Origin: a virus
Taxonomy: Duplodnaviria; Caudoviricetes
Reading direction: 5' to 3' (one strand)
IMG/VR virus record: IMGVR_UViG_3300011437_000015
Span: 1 to 39,549 of that record
Length of the DNA: 39,549 bases
Positions 15,974 to 25,488 of this stretch are shown here, in pieces. The stretch's first letter is position 1; every line of letters starts with the position of its first letter. The position numbers and the translations under genes are program-made. The notes below the pieces were generated by a model. The model did no database searches. It was given only the letters and a program-made list of their open reading frames with translations, and was not told the origin of the DNA.

Positions 15974-16552
15974 TCACCGGCGGAAGAATTCAGCGGCGGG
16001 CCAGACGATCGGCCGGTCGTTCAGTTGCTTGGCAAAGCGCAGGCCGGTGTCACCGGGGTGCAGCTTCTGCTGGTCCTCGTCGGTCCAGTACAGCGGCGAC
16101 GGCCGGGCGAAGTCGTAAAGTTCGTTCTCGGCCGTGACGCGAATGGTGGACTTGGCACCGTCATCGACCACCGCCATCGTGTCGAGCAGGCCCGACCATT
16201 CCAGCACCGGATCGGCCAGTACGGCGTGGCTCGGCAGGTCGAGAAAACCGACGTAGACGTTGACGATGCGGCGCTGGTAGTTCTCACCCAGCGCCAGCGC
16301 GATGTGCGACGACGGCACGCCGGAGAGCACGAACGCCAGCCCGGTGACCTCACCGCCCTCGCCTTCCTTGACTTCCTCGATCGCGCCGAGCTGGCCCACG
16401 CCCTGCCAGACGTTGCCGCTGTAGGTAACGTCATAGCCGGCGCTGCAGGTGCGCAGCGTGCCGCTGTCGAACAGCAACTCGACGAACGTGAGCATGCCGA
16501 CATTGCCCTGCGTGATGGCGCTGTCGACCGCGCCAGTGACGGAGCGGGTCAT
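15974..16552 (-). CDS. Tail tip hub protein (gpL-like)
   Basis: 'WQGVGQLG' and 'TDEDQQKLHPGDTGLRF' motifs; position in the tail tip cluster. Confidence 0.75.
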   Translation of the reverse strand: MTRSVTGAVDSAITQGNVGMLTFVELLFDSGTLRTCSAGYDVTYSGNVWQGVGQLGAIEEVKEGEGGEVTGLAFVLSGVPSSHIALALGENYQRRIVNVYVGFLDLPSHAVLADPVLEWSGLLDTMAVVDDGAKSTIRVTAENELYDFARPSPLYWTDEDQQKLHPGDTGLRFAKQLNDRPIVWPAAEFFRR

Positions 16553-17163
16553 GAGAAATCTTCCACGCCGTCGAGCGTGACGTCACCGTAACGCGGCGCG
16601 CTGTGCGCCATGCGCCACGGGTCTTCGGTGCGGATGAACTTGGCGGTCGGTTTGTTCCACGTGACTGCGGCGCCACCGCTGGCTGCCGCGCGGAACGGCG
16701 GCTCGACCGTAAGCGCAATCACGCCGCTGCCGTTGGCGGTGGCATCGGCGGTGATGAGCTTAAGTTCGCCGTTGATGGAAAGCTTGTCGCCCTTCAGCAG
16801 CGTGGTGCCCGCCTGGCCGGCGCCGCCGGTGACGGAGCACGTCACCGCCCCCGCGGTGATCGAGCCCGATACGGTCAACGTACCGCGCATGGTGCCGCGC
16901 GGCGTCGGGTTGATGACGTCGTGCAGCGTGTAGCGGTTGGCGCGGCCGCGCAGCTGCGCAAAGAACGTATTCATCAGGTGCCGTTCATCGACCGACAACC
17001 CCTCCAGCCGCAGCGAATGGGCCCAGCGGCTGCCGGGCATTTCCACCGTCTGGATGGCGCCACTGAGCGGCGAGGCGTGCGTGAACGTCATCGGGATCTG
17101 GCCGAACTCCCACTGCGTGTAGGGCAGCAGGCGACTGAAGGTGGGGAAGACGATGGTGCTCAT
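16549..17163 (-). CDS. Distal tail protein
   Basis: Follows the tape measure; 'SPLSGAIQT..PGSRW' and 'FFAQLRGRANR'. Confidence 0.75.
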   Translation of the reverse strand: MSTIVFPTFSRLLPYTQWEFGQIPMTFTHASPLSGAIQTVEMPGSRWAHSLRLEGLSVDERHLMNTFFAQLRGRANRYTLHDVINPTPRGTMRGTLTVSGSITAGAVTCSVTGGAGQAGTTLLKGDKLSINGELKLITADATANGSGVIALTVEPPFRAAASGGAAVTWNKPTAKFIRTEDPWRMAHSAPRYGDVTLDGVEDFS

Positions 17164-18911
17164 CCGATCACCCCAGAGCCGCCGCGCAGCGTGCTGTCAA
17201 CGCTGGCGGCAATGCCAGCGGATACGCCCTGCTCGACATACGACGTGATCAGCGCGCGGTCGGTGGCGCCGTCGATGTACACATTGATCGGGGCCGACAT
17301 CGCCGCGCCCATGCCCGTACCGACCCCGGTACTGACGCCGAAGCCGGTACCCATGCCGGCGCCGCCGGCGAAGGCCGTGGCACCGCCGCTGCCGCTCGCC
17401 GCGCCGGCCAGGCCGAGCAGGGCGCCGAAGAAGCTGGTCCCGCCGCTGCCGCCGCTGCTGGATCCGCCCTTGAACAATTTGCCGATCTCTTCGGCCAGCG
17501 GCTTCAGGATCAGCAACTGCGTAATCATCTTTAGGATGTCCTGGCCGAGCGCCTTGAACACGTCGCCCGCCTTGCCGCCGGTGGTGATCAGCTCACCCAG
17601 TGAGCTGGAGATCTGCAGCCCGAGTTGATCGGCCAGCTCGCCCTGCTTTTCAAGCTCGTTGTTCACGCCCTGCGTGACGCCGAAGATCGAGGCTTCGGCA
17701 ATGGCGATCTCTTCGCGGCTGGCCGCGATCTCGCCCGACTTCATCTTGTTCAGCAGGTCGATGCGGCGCTGGATCTCGCCCTCGCTGGTGCGGCCGGTCA
17801 TCTGGTCAACCAGGTCCTGCTGGCGGCGCGCCGCTTCTTCGGCATCGCGCTCGATCTCGTCCTGCGCGCGGGCACGGTTGGCGCGAATGCGCGCAATGTC
17901 GGCGAACTCCTTGGCGTAGGCGTTGCTCGACTCGTTGGTCGCCTTGGCTTTCTTGCTGCTCGCGCGCGCCGCGGCCTCGTCGGCGGCGGCCTTGTCGCGC
18001 ACCGACTGCGCGCCCTGCAGCGCGGCGCGGCCCTCGTTGCTGTAGGCGCCCGCACCAAGGGCCAGCGCATCGCGCAGCTGCTTCTGCTTGACGGCTGCCG
18101 CGTCCACCTGGCGCGTGTACTCGCGGAACGCCGCGCCGAAGTTGCCGAGCGGAAAGGTATTGAACTCGTCACGTATCTTGCCGAGGTCCAGCCGGCCGAG
18201 CACCGCGATGACGTCATTGATCGCCGGGATCAAAACTCCAGACGCCTGGAACTTGATCCGCTCCCAGGTCTGCCCCAGCGCGTCGAACTCGGCCGTCAGT
18301 CGTCGGGATTCTTCCACTGTCTTGGCGGTCAGCCCGGTAAAGCGGTCGAGCGCATCGGCGCCGCCGTTGAGCATCGGTATCAGCGCGGCGCCGGCCTTGC
18401 CGAACAGATCCACCGCCAGCGCGGCCTTGGCGGGGCCATCCTGCAGTTTCGCGAACTCGTCGGCCAGCGCGCGCAGTACCTGGCGGGAGTCGCCCGCCTT
18501 GACGGCGGCGTCCAGCGCCGCGCTGCCGAACGCGCTGAACAATGCGGCGGCCTTGGGGTCGCCCGCCGCCGCCTGGCTGATGTTGACGTTGAGCTTGGTC
18601 AGCGCCGTGTTGAGTTTTTCAACGCCGACGCCGGCCTCGGTTCCGGCCTGGCGAAAAGACGCCAGGTCCATCGCGGTGGTGCCCAGCGCCTGCGCCTCTT
18701 CATCGAGGTCGTCGATCGCCTTGGTCAGGTTGACGATGCCGCCAATGATGGCTCCGCCCGCCAGGCTGACCCACAGCGACTGCGCCCGCAGCAACGGCGC
18801 CTGCAGACGCGTGAACGTGCTCTCGAGCTTGTCGGCGCTGCTGCCGATCTGCCGCATCACGGCGCTGGCGCGGTCCTGCGCGGTGAAGATGGCGTCGATG
18901 CGTGTGGCCAT
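17160..18911 (-). CDS. Tail tape measure protein
   Basis: Ala-rich helical 583 aa, 'AVDLFGKAGAALIPMLNGG', Gly-rich C-terminus; after the chaperone genes. Confidence 0.88.
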   Translation of the reverse strand: MATRIDAIFTAQDRASAVMRQIGSSADKLESTFTRLQAPLLRAQSLWVSLAGGAIIGGIVNLTKAIDDLDEEAQALGTTAMDLASFRQAGTEAGVGVEKLNTALTKLNVNISQAAAGDPKAAALFSAFGSAALDAAVKAGDSRQVLRALADEFAKLQDGPAKAALAVDLFGKAGAALIPMLNGGADALDRFTGLTAKTVEESRRLTAEFDALGQTWERIKFQASGVLIPAINDVIAVLGRLDLGKIRDEFNTFPLGNFGAAFREYTRQVDAAAVKQKQLRDALALGAGAYSNEGRAALQGAQSVRDKAAADEAAARASSKKAKATNESSNAYAKEFADIARIRANRARAQDEIERDAEEAARRQQDLVDQMTGRTSEGEIQRRIDLLNKMKSGEIAASREEIAIAEASIFGVTQGVNNELEKQGELADQLGLQISSSLGELITTGGKAGDVFKALGQDILKMITQLLILKPLAEEIGKLFKGGSSSGGSGGTSFFGALLGLAGAASGSGGATAFAGGAGMGTGFGVSTGVGTGMGAAMSAPINVYIDGATDRALITSYVEQGVSAGIAASVDSTLRGGSGVIG

Positions 18912-18914
18912 GGT

Positions 18915-19168
18915 TCAGCGGGTCCGGTTCAGTTCGTTGCGGATCAGTTCGAGCAGAAGCAGCAAGGCTTCCCAGTCGTCAATGCCATGCACGGCGTCAT
19001 AGAGCGGCAGCACGGACGGCGCCCAGCCGTCGCAGAAGCGCCAGCAGTGCACGGCGCGCACGACTTCGGGCAGCAGCGCACCGGGCCGCTCGAACACGCC
19101 GCCGAGGCCGAGCTTTTCAGCTTCGCGCACCTCATCCTGGCCGAGCTGCCAGTCGAGGTGCGCCTTCA
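18915..19168 (-). CDS. Tail assembly chaperone T segment (expressed as a G-T fusion by -1 frameshift)
   Basis: The -1 frame from the slippery site reads KLKAHLDWQLGQDEVREAEKLGL... to the stop at 18915. Confidence 0.7.
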
Positions 19169-19534
19169 GTTTCCCGCCTGCTCCTCGAGCGCCTTGCGGC
19201 GCGCGGCGATGCGGTCGGCCAGCGCTTCCATCAGTGCGCTTTCCCAGTCCGGGCGCTGGTTGAACAGCAGCTCCACCGACTCGGGCGTAAAGGCCAGCGG
19301 CTCGTCCGGCAGGTCAGCGTCGTCGACCTTGAGGTCGCGGACGCTCACCTGCTGCCAGCCGCGCAGGCTGGTAGCAAGCATCTGGCGCTGCATGCGCGGA
19401 AAGTGTTTCTGCTCCGCGCTGATGCAGTCGATCGCGAACTGGGTCGGCAGCACCAGGTCGAAACGGTGGCCGGCCAGTTCGTGGCTAAAACGCCGCGACC
19501 TTTCGATCGCGGTGCGCAGCTCGTCGGGGCTCAT
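19166..19534 (-). CDS. Tail assembly chaperone G
   Basis: Between the tail tube and tape measure genes; ends ...GCG GGA AAC TGA. Confidence 0.8.
   Translation of the reverse strand: MSPDELRTAIERSRRFSHELAGHRFDLVLPTQFAIDCISAEQKHFPRMQRQMLATSLRGWQQVSVRDLKVDDADLPDEPLAFTPESVELLFNQRPDWESALMEALADRIAARRKALEEQAGN
19169..19175 (-). other. -1 ribosomal frameshift slippery site GGGAAAC
   Basis: X XXY YYZ heptamer in the correct phase just before the G stop codon. Confidence 0.8.
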
Positions 19535-19537
19535 GCG

Positions 19538-20200
19538 TTAGGTCGAGTACGGCGTGACCATCGGCACCGCCAGCGAAACGCTGACACGGCGGGCGACGTT
19601 GCTGTTGCCCTGGAAGTCGGGCGACACCCCCATCGAGAACCGCCCGGCGCCATACCACTTGGCACCGGTGCGCGCGACCATCGAGAACGGCGTCACCACC
19701 TTGGACGATGACAGCGACTCCAGCAGCACCTGCCCGGCCGAGGAGATGTCGTCATGGATGGTGAACTCGAGACGGCCCGGCGCGCGGCCGATCGGCTCTT
19801 CGATCTGGTCATCCTGGTCCAGGTACTGGAATGTGTTGTATTGCTGCTCGCCACCGCTGGAGGCAAACGAGCCATTGAGGATCTGGCCGATCGGGGTCCA
19901 GGTGGTGATCTCGCGCACCGTGCCAGCGCCGGAGCCGGTGGGGTAATCACTGGTGTTGGCGCTGTCGAGGTTTTCCAGCGTGATGTCGTTGGTGGCGACG
20001 TTGCTGGCGCGCGCCACGCGGCCGGCAATCTTGGGCCAGCCCGAGGTGACGATCTGCAGTATGTCACTGACGATGATGCCGTGCGCGGCCTCCAGCGTGG
20101 CGATCGCGCTGGTGGCATTGGTAATGGCGCTCATGCTCTTGGTGGCCCCGAATGCCGACGCGATCGAGATCACCAGACCGTTTACTGGTGTACGTGCCAT
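19538..20200 (-). CDS. Major tail tube protein (Phage_tail_3-like)
   Basis: 'SAITNATSAIAT...SGW...VREITTWTPIGQI...SSGGEQQY' motifs. Confidence 0.85.
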   Translation of the reverse strand: MARTPVNGLVISIASAFGATKSMSAITNATSAIATLEAAHGIIVSDILQIVTSGWPKIAGRVARASNVATNDITLENLDSANTSDYPTGSGAGTVREITTWTPIGQILNGSFASSGGEQQYNTFQYLDQDDQIEEPIGRAPGRLEFTIHDDISSAGQVLLESLSSSKVVTPFSMVARTGAKWYGAGRFSMGVSPDFQGNSNVARRVSVSLAVPMVTPYST

Positions 20201-20233
20201 TTATTGCTCCTGATGATGGTGATGCGGGGCCGC

Positions 20234-20683
20234 TCAGTCGAGCAGCGTGTCTGGCGAGGTCGCCAAGGTGAAAAACGATCTGACGACGAAGCTGACGCTG
20301 CGCCGTGCCACAGGTTGGTCGCCATCGCCAGAGACGATGGCCGGTTCAAAGCTGAGCGGCACCACTTCGACACTGCGCCCGCCGATGGTGGCGAGTGCAC
20401 AGTAGGCGGCCTGCAGTTCGGTGGTGATCTGGTCCAGCAGCGCCATCAGGTCGCCGGTGCCCTTGACGATGGCAGTGACGTTGACGGCCACATCCCAGCG
20501 CAGCACTACCGGCACGTCGAGCTGTTCGACCACCGGGTCGGCCGAGGTGGTCACGATCAGGGCCGGCAGCTGGTCGGCCTGCCACGGGTACGGCTCCTGC
20601 ACGTAGACGTGCGTGCCGGTAGTGGGCAGGCCGGTCAACGCGGTGACCGTGGCGTCACGCACGATCTGCAGCACGTGCGGCAT
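20234..20683 (-). CDS. Tail terminator protein
   Basis: 'QIVRDATVTALTGL..TGTHVY...LPALIV'; located before the tail tube gene. Confidence 0.75.
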   Translation of the reverse strand: MPHVLQIVRDATVTALTGLPTTGTHVYVQEPYPWQADQLPALIVTTSADPVVEQLDVPVVLRWDVAVNVTAIVKGTGDLMALLDQITTELQAAYCALATIGGRSVEVVPLSFEPAIVSGDGDQPVARRSVSFVVRSFFTLATSPDTLLD

Positions 20684-20953
20684 TTACTGTTTCTCCAGCC
20701 GCAGCAGCGTGACGCCGGTGCCGTCTGGCTGGGCGTCGATGATGCGATAGTTGACGACGTTGCGCACCAGCGTGGTGGTGTTGACGGTGTAGGCCGGCAG
20801 GTCGAGATCGAAGCCGAGCGCGGCGGGGCCGGTGGTGGCCACGCCGAGCGCATCGACATAGGCGTCATAAAAGATGACCCGCGCCGGCGCGGGGCCGATG
20901 GTCACGTCCTCGCCAAAGTCAGCCAGGAACGCGGCGCGGTTCTCAGTGAACAT
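20684..20953 (-). CDS. Head-tail joining / head closure protein (FII-like)
   Basis: 'FLADFGEDVTI...YRIIDAQPDGTGVTLLRL'. Confidence 0.75.
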   Translation of the reverse strand: MFTENRAAFLADFGEDVTIGPAPARVIFYDAYVDALGVATTGPAALGFDLDLPAYTVNTTTLVRNVVNYRIIDAQPDGTGVTLLRLEKQ

Positions 20954-21339
20954 CAGTCGACGTACTTCGGATGCGCGTGCAGCGTGACGCCGACGATCGA
21001 CGGCCCGGTGGCGATGGTGCCGACATAGCGCAGGAACGGCTTGGACAATGAGCCGGCCGGCACCGTGATTTTCTGCACGTTGGGCGCGTCGTTCGACGTG
21101 GTGACCTGCCCGAACAGCGCGCCGGAGATGTCCGCGGCGCCGGTACCGCCGGAGTCGTCACACTCCTGCAGCTTGCCGTCGATCGTGCCGGTGATGGTGC
21201 CGACCACCTGGGTCACCATCAGGTCACCCTCGTACTTGAGGATGCTGACCGCGGTGCCGGTGGCGGCGGCGGTGTTGGCCGCGCTGGCGGCCGTGAGCAG
21301 GCTGACAAGTTCGCAGGCCTGCGCTTGGTTGGCGAGCAT
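20953..21339 (-). CDS. Probable capsid decoration protein
   Basis: Small beta-rich protein, 'KLQECDDSGGT..ADI...FLR', after the capsid gene. Confidence 0.55.
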   Translation of the reverse strand: MLANQAQACELVSLLTAASAANTAAATGTAVSILKYEGDLMVTQVVGTITGTIDGKLQECDDSGGTGAADISGALFGQVTTSNDAPNVQKITVPAGSLSKPFLRYVGTIATGPSIVGVTLHAHPKYVD

Positions 21340-21342
21340 GGG

Positions 21343-21564
21343 TTACTCCTTTGCGGCGCGGCGGCTGGGCTTGGCGCCCTTCACCAGTCCGCTCGTTGAT
21401 TCGGTTGTCATGGGACCAGTGACAGCCGGCACGGGGCCGACCGCCACTGCCTTGCCCATCTGGATCAGTTCAAGAGCCCACGCGTCGGCGAGCTCCAGCA
21501 CTGAACCGGGCTCCTGGCGCGCGCCCCCCTTGATGAGGAACGCGCGCAAGACCCGGAGCTTCAT
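21343..21564 (-). CDS. Small head-associated protein
   Basis: 'MKLRVLRAF...PGSVLEL...ALELIQMGKA'; TAATG-coupled to the capsid stop. Confidence 0.65.
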   Translation of the reverse strand: MKLRVLRAFLIKGGARQEPGSVLELADAWALELIQMGKAVAVGPVPAVTGPMTTESTSGLVKGAKPSRRAAKE

Positions 21565-23402
21565 TACGTGATCGACGACGCCACGCTGAACGCCCCGGCG
21601 TAACGTACGCCGACGTCCATCGTGTACATCGCGCGGAAACCGACCACGCCCATCGGGAAGTTGGCCGCCTCGTTGACCGCAATCTCGAGCACGCCCCATT
21701 CGCCGATCACCACCTGGCTCCAGTCGCCGAAGATCATGACGTCGGCGCTGATCTGGTTCGACGACATCGAGGGGAAACCGGCCATGCGGCCCTCCCACAG
21801 GTTGCCTTCCCACAGTGGCGTGTCGGTGTTGGTGAAGCGCGAACGGGCCATCAGCTTGGCCGCTACCGCCGGCGTCGTGACGTAGCCGCCCGCGTTCGGG
21901 CGCACATTGGCCCCCGCGACATCGCTCTGGAATTCGAGGATGTCGGCATAGTCCATCGAGGTGCCGGTGACCGAACCGACGCCGCCGGTGCCGACGATGC
22001 CCTGCGGCTGGCCGGAACCGCCCGAGCCGTGGGCCACCGCGAGATCGCCAGCGCGCGCGACTTGCGCGGCCAGGTCACCCGTGACGATGCCCTCGGCCGC
22101 CGGGCTCGATTGCAGCAGCAGCTGGCGGCTGACTTCGACATACGCGCCGACGGTCTTGGGCGTGAGCGCCAACTGGCCGAACGTGAGCGCACCCTCGGTG
22201 ATGGCGGTGGCCTCGTTCGCCAGCCAGTAGGCGGTGGCGCCGGCCGTTTGCTTGGGAATGGTCGGGTTGCCGACCAGTCCCGGCATGCGGGTGGCGCCCA
22301 TGCGCATGGCAACCATCTGGTTGCGCAGCAGCTCGATGAACGACATATTGTCGGTGGCCACCAGGTAGCCGCCGCCGGAGGCCGAGGCCGCCGTCTGGTC
22401 GCGTTGTTGCATCGGCAACTGGCGTTCCTGCACGTCGAGCGGCACGAAAAAGCCCTTGCTGTTGTGCATGCGCTGCGTGCGGTTGGCGATCTCACGCGAG
22501 GCTTCCATCTCGAGGCCGGCGTGCTTCCAGTCGCCCGACAGCACGGCGTTCATCGCGCGCCACAGTGAGTAGCGCTGCAGGTCACGGCTCGGCAGGTCAA
22601 GGAAGGTCGCGGCCGACTTGCTGTTCTCCTGGCGGATCTTCAGCAGGTCGTCGGCGATCGCGTCCCAGTCTTTGCCGGAGCGGATCCAGTGCTCGATCGT
22701 GCGCTGGTCACTGATGCTCGACGCGCGCGCGAACTTTTCGATCGCTTCGCGGCGGCGCTTGGCTTCGCCGGCCGGGTCGATCTGGTTGTAGTCGATGTCA
22801 TTCGACCGGGTTTGAACGTCCGCGTTTGCGCCCGCGGCGGCTTGTTGCTCGCTCATTGCTGAGACTCCTGGAGAAGCGGCGGGAGCCGCGGGGTGAAGTT
22901 CTTGCTGCTCGGTTTCGATCTCGAACTCTGGCGCAGCGTCCATAGCCCGAAAAAATCCAGCGTTGATGTCGGCCGGCTCGGCGACCAGCGCCGTGTGCGT
23001 GGGCATCCACCGGGTGGTGACCAGTACGCCGTCATTACGCAGCCGGCCCTTGATACGGGCATATCCGACACTGACCGAGCGAATCACCCGGTTGAGCACG
23101 TCCTGCTTGTAGTCGGAAGCCTCGCGCCGCGAGCCGAAGCGCGCCACGCCGCGCAGCTGGCCGCCGACGGTGGTGAGGTTTTCGACAACGCCGATGTTGA
23201 CCTGGCCGGCACGGTGCGAGGCGATGATCGGCAGCGGCGCGCGCGACAGATCGACCGCCTCGGGCGTGTGCAACAGCATCTCGGGCCCGTCGGGCATGTT
23301 GACGATTACGTCGGTCGACACCACCACCGGAATGGTGTCGTCGCTGGCGCGGGCTTCGAGGTCGAAGACCAGCGTGCGCGTTTGTGTGTTCGTTCGCGTC
23401 AT
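21564..23402 (-). CDS. Prohead protease - major capsid protein fusion (HK97 fold)
   Basis: N-terminal 'SVSVGY...PAD' protease domain; capsid motifs 'GGYLVAT', 'IPKQT', 'LTPKTVGAYVEVSRQLL' and 'FGDWSQ'. Confidence 0.93.
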   Translation of the reverse strand: MTRTNTQTRTLVFDLEARASDDTIPVVVSTDVIVNMPDGPEMLLHTPEAVDLSRAPLPIIASHRAGQVNIGVVENLTTVGGQLRGVARFGSRREASDYKQDVLNRVIRSVSVGYARIKGRLRNDGVLVTTRWMPTHTALVAEPADINAGFFRAMDAAPEFEIETEQQELHPAAPAASPGVSAMSEQQAAAGANADVQTRSNDIDYNQIDPAGEAKRRREAIEKFARASSISDQRTIEHWIRSGKDWDAIADDLLKIRQENSKSAATFLDLPSRDLQRYSLWRAMNAVLSGDWKHAGLEMEASREIANRTQRMHNSKGFFVPLDVQERQLPMQQRDQTAASASGGGYLVATDNMSFIELLRNQMVAMRMGATRMPGLVGNPTIPKQTAGATAYWLANEATAITEGALTFGQLALTPKTVGAYVEVSRQLLLQSSPAAEGIVTGDLAAQVARAGDLAVAHGSGGSGQPQGIVGTGGVGSVTGTSMDYADILEFQSDVAGANVRPNAGGYVTTPAVAAKLMARSRFTNTDTPLWEGNLWEGRMAGFPSMSSNQISADVMIFGDWSQVVIGEWGVLEIAVNEAANFPMGVVGFRAMYTMDVGVRYAGAFSVASSIT

Positions 23403-23414
23403 GCGCGACCCTCC

Positions 23415-23452
23415 AAAGAAAACGGCCCGCGGGCGTGAACCCGGCGGGCCGT
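23415..23452 (-). terminator. Strong hairpin with U-rich tail upstream of the capsid gene
   Basis: ACGGCCCGC..GCGGGCCGT stem followed by TTTCTTT on the minus strand. Confidence 0.55.
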
Positions 23453-23471
23453 GGCTGTGTTCGGTGACTGC

Positions 23472-23798
23472 CTACGACGTCATCATGGCGATGACTTCTT
23501 CATCCTGCACACGACGGCGCGCGCGTGCCGCTGCTAACGGCAGCGCGCGGTCCTCGTAATAGGTGACACGACCGCCGCCGCGCTTCACCACGCTCGGCGG
23601 CGCCTCACCGTCGCTCAGCGCACCAGCGGCACCCAGGCTGACCGCTGCCGACGCCGCGATCCAGCCAATCGCGCCGGCCGTTCCAGAGGCGTCGAGGCGG
23701 ATTGTTGCGGATGCAACAGCCGCATTCGGATCTGATTCGCCGGCCAGTCCGAACCATGCGCCCGCCCATTGGCCGAGCCATTGGCCGAGCGATGACAT
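23472..23798 (-). CDS. Module B: small Ala-rich virion accessory protein
   Basis: Trp-rich N-terminus, Ala/Ser beta repeats, C-terminal 'RRRVQDEEVIAMM'. Confidence 0.7.
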   Translation of the reverse strand: MSSLGQWLGQWAGAWFGLAGESDPNAAVASATIRLDASGTAGAIGWIAASAAVSLGAAGALSDGEAPPSVVKRGGGRVTYYEDRALPLAAARARRRVQDEEVIAMMTS

Positions 23799-23801
23799 GG
23801 C

Positions 23802-24578
23802 CTATTCCCCGTCGAGCGCGTCAATCGTCCGCGTGCCGGCGCTGTAGGTGCCGTCAATGCGCAGGGTGGCTCCATCCAGCCCGGTGAACTGCGGATTCGA
23901 TCCCTCCAGCCCGGTGGCCGACCCCGCAGCGTGGGCCGCCAGGATCCGCAGGATCGATTCAGCCGTGAAGCCGGCCTCGATCGCACGCTGCCAGACCGCG
24001 TTGGCCAGCGATACCGGCGACAACTCATCGCCGAAATCGGTGGTTGCGACCATGCTGCCTATCGCATACGGAACCACCGAACCGCTGATCGTCAGCACGC
24101 CGGCCGCAGAAAAATGCCCTTGTGCCGCTGCAGTACCCGTCCCTGAAATCGTGATCGAACCGCTGGCATTGCCGACAATGCCGGCGAAGATGTCAGCCGT
24201 GCCGCTGATGCTGATGGTTCCGCTACCGACCCCGCCGGCGATCAGTCCGCCAACCGCCACCCCGTTGATGGTGATGGTGGCGGCAGCACTTCCGCCCAAC
24301 CCCTTCGCGCCGATCGCCAGCCCTGACAGCGTCAGGTAGCCCTCGTTGCGTGAGGTGATGGCCCCGGCCTTCTGCGGCAGCATCCACGCCACCGGGTGCC
24401 GGTAGCCGTTCGGCAGGCCCGACTTATCGGTGACATCGGTAATGTGATGCCAGCCGTTCTGCCAGTTGCGCTTGGCCCCGCCGCCGTCCAGCGTGGACCC
24501 GCGTCCGTACTGCCCGGTTGCTGACAAATATCGGTTTGTGTTCCGGTACAGCAGTGCGCCGTTGCAGATCAACGCCAC
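23802..24578 (-). CDS. Module B: Gly/Ala beta-repeat protein with adaptor-like C-terminus
   Basis: Repeats of xGxITISG; the C-terminus resembles that of 30833..31363. Confidence 0.75.
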   Translation of the reverse strand: MALICNGALLYRNTNRYLSATGQYGRGSTLDGGGAKRNWQNGWHHITDVTDKSGLPNGYRHPVAWMLPQKAGAITSRNEGYLTLSGLAIGAKGLGGSAAATITINGVAVGGLIAGGVGSGTISISGTADIFAGIVGNASGSITISGTGTAAAQGHFSAAGVLTISGSVVPYAIGSMVATTDFGDELSPVSLANAVWQRAIEAGFTAESILRILAAHAAGSATGLEGSNPQFTGLDGATLRIDGTYSAGTRTIDALDGE

Positions 24579-24579
24579 G

Positions 24580-25485
24580 TCAGTTCCAGGCGTAGTCAGC
24601 GGTAACGATCAGTGGCGATGCGTTCGTCGTCGCGCCGGTCTGGAATATCAGGAACCGCAGGCAAGCCCCGTCGGGGATCTTCGGCAGGCTCGGAAGTTGA
24701 TTGACGAAATCCCGTTCGGTCAGGATGCCCGATGCCGGGATCGGCAGTTGCCACAGCGGCTTGACCAGGTGCAGCACCAGCGCACCGGAGCCGGTATAGG
24801 CGGTACCGCCCGAAAACGTGAATGCTTCCAGATCGCGGATGCCATAGTCGCCCACCAGCAGCGGCAGGAATGGCGCGTACCGCGTGGCCGCATTGCCTGA
24901 ATGCGGAATCATGCCCGTCACTGCACCCGCCGCAGCGGCCATACCGACCGCGACCGTCACGTTCTGCGCGGTGTTGCCATCCTGGTCGGTGTACTTGAAC
25001 GAGGTCAGGTTCGGGCCGCCAGTCGATGGGGCGACTTCGGACGAAAAGTACGCCCGCAGTCCTTTGCCATCCGGCCAGCGCGAGCCGCTGTTCAATGCCG
25101 TCATCGTGATGGTGCGTTCCGATGTACTCGTCACGTCCGCGCCGGTGATCGGGACATAGCCGACCTGATCGACGCACATCAGAATCCACGGCGCTCCGGC
25201 CGCCGCGAACACGGACGCACTGGCGCTGAGGAAATGCTTGGTCGCCGTGCTGACGTTGCCGCCGTGATAGACCGCGCCCTCCCCCCATGTGTCATCCGTA
25301 GCCACGAACGTTAGCGATGTGCCGGCGTAAGTGTTGGCCGGAACTGAACCGGTTGCCGTGCCCAAGTCGGTCCACGTTCCCGCTACGCCGGCAACGGCGG
25401 TGACCTTGTTGTAATCGATCCGGCCGATTTTCCCGCCGGTCGTGATCTGTGTGATCAGGTCGTCCTGCGAACTGAAGCCAGCCAT
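24580..25485 (-). CDS. Module B: beta-rich virion accessory protein (MAGF paralog 2)
   Basis: Shares 'MAGF', 'PFLPL..G..G', 'LVKPL' and 'I.DGA.L' with 25489..26367. Confidence 0.75.
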   Translation of the reverse strand: MAGFSSQDDLITQITTGGKIGRIDYNKVTAVAGVAGTWTDLGTATGSVPANTYAGTSLTFVATDDTWGEGAVYHGGNVSTATKHFLSASASVFAAAGAPWILMCVDQVGYVPITGADVTSTSERTITMTALNSGSRWPDGKGLRAYFSSEVAPSTGGPNLTSFKYTDQDGNTAQNVTVAVGMAAAAGAVTGMIPHSGNAATRYAPFLPLLVGDYGIRDLEAFTFSGGTAYTGSGALVLHLVKPLWQLPIPASGILTERDFVNQLPSLPKIPDGACLRFLIFQTGATTNASPLIVTADYAWN

Positions 25486-25488
25486 GCG

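Noticed and set aside
17625-19541. 638-aa plus-strand ORF and other long antisense ORFs (e.g. 19754..21028, 35818..36987, 28834..29868)
   Set aside because: Shadow ORFs antisense to well-supported high-GC structural genes, with no recognisable motifs
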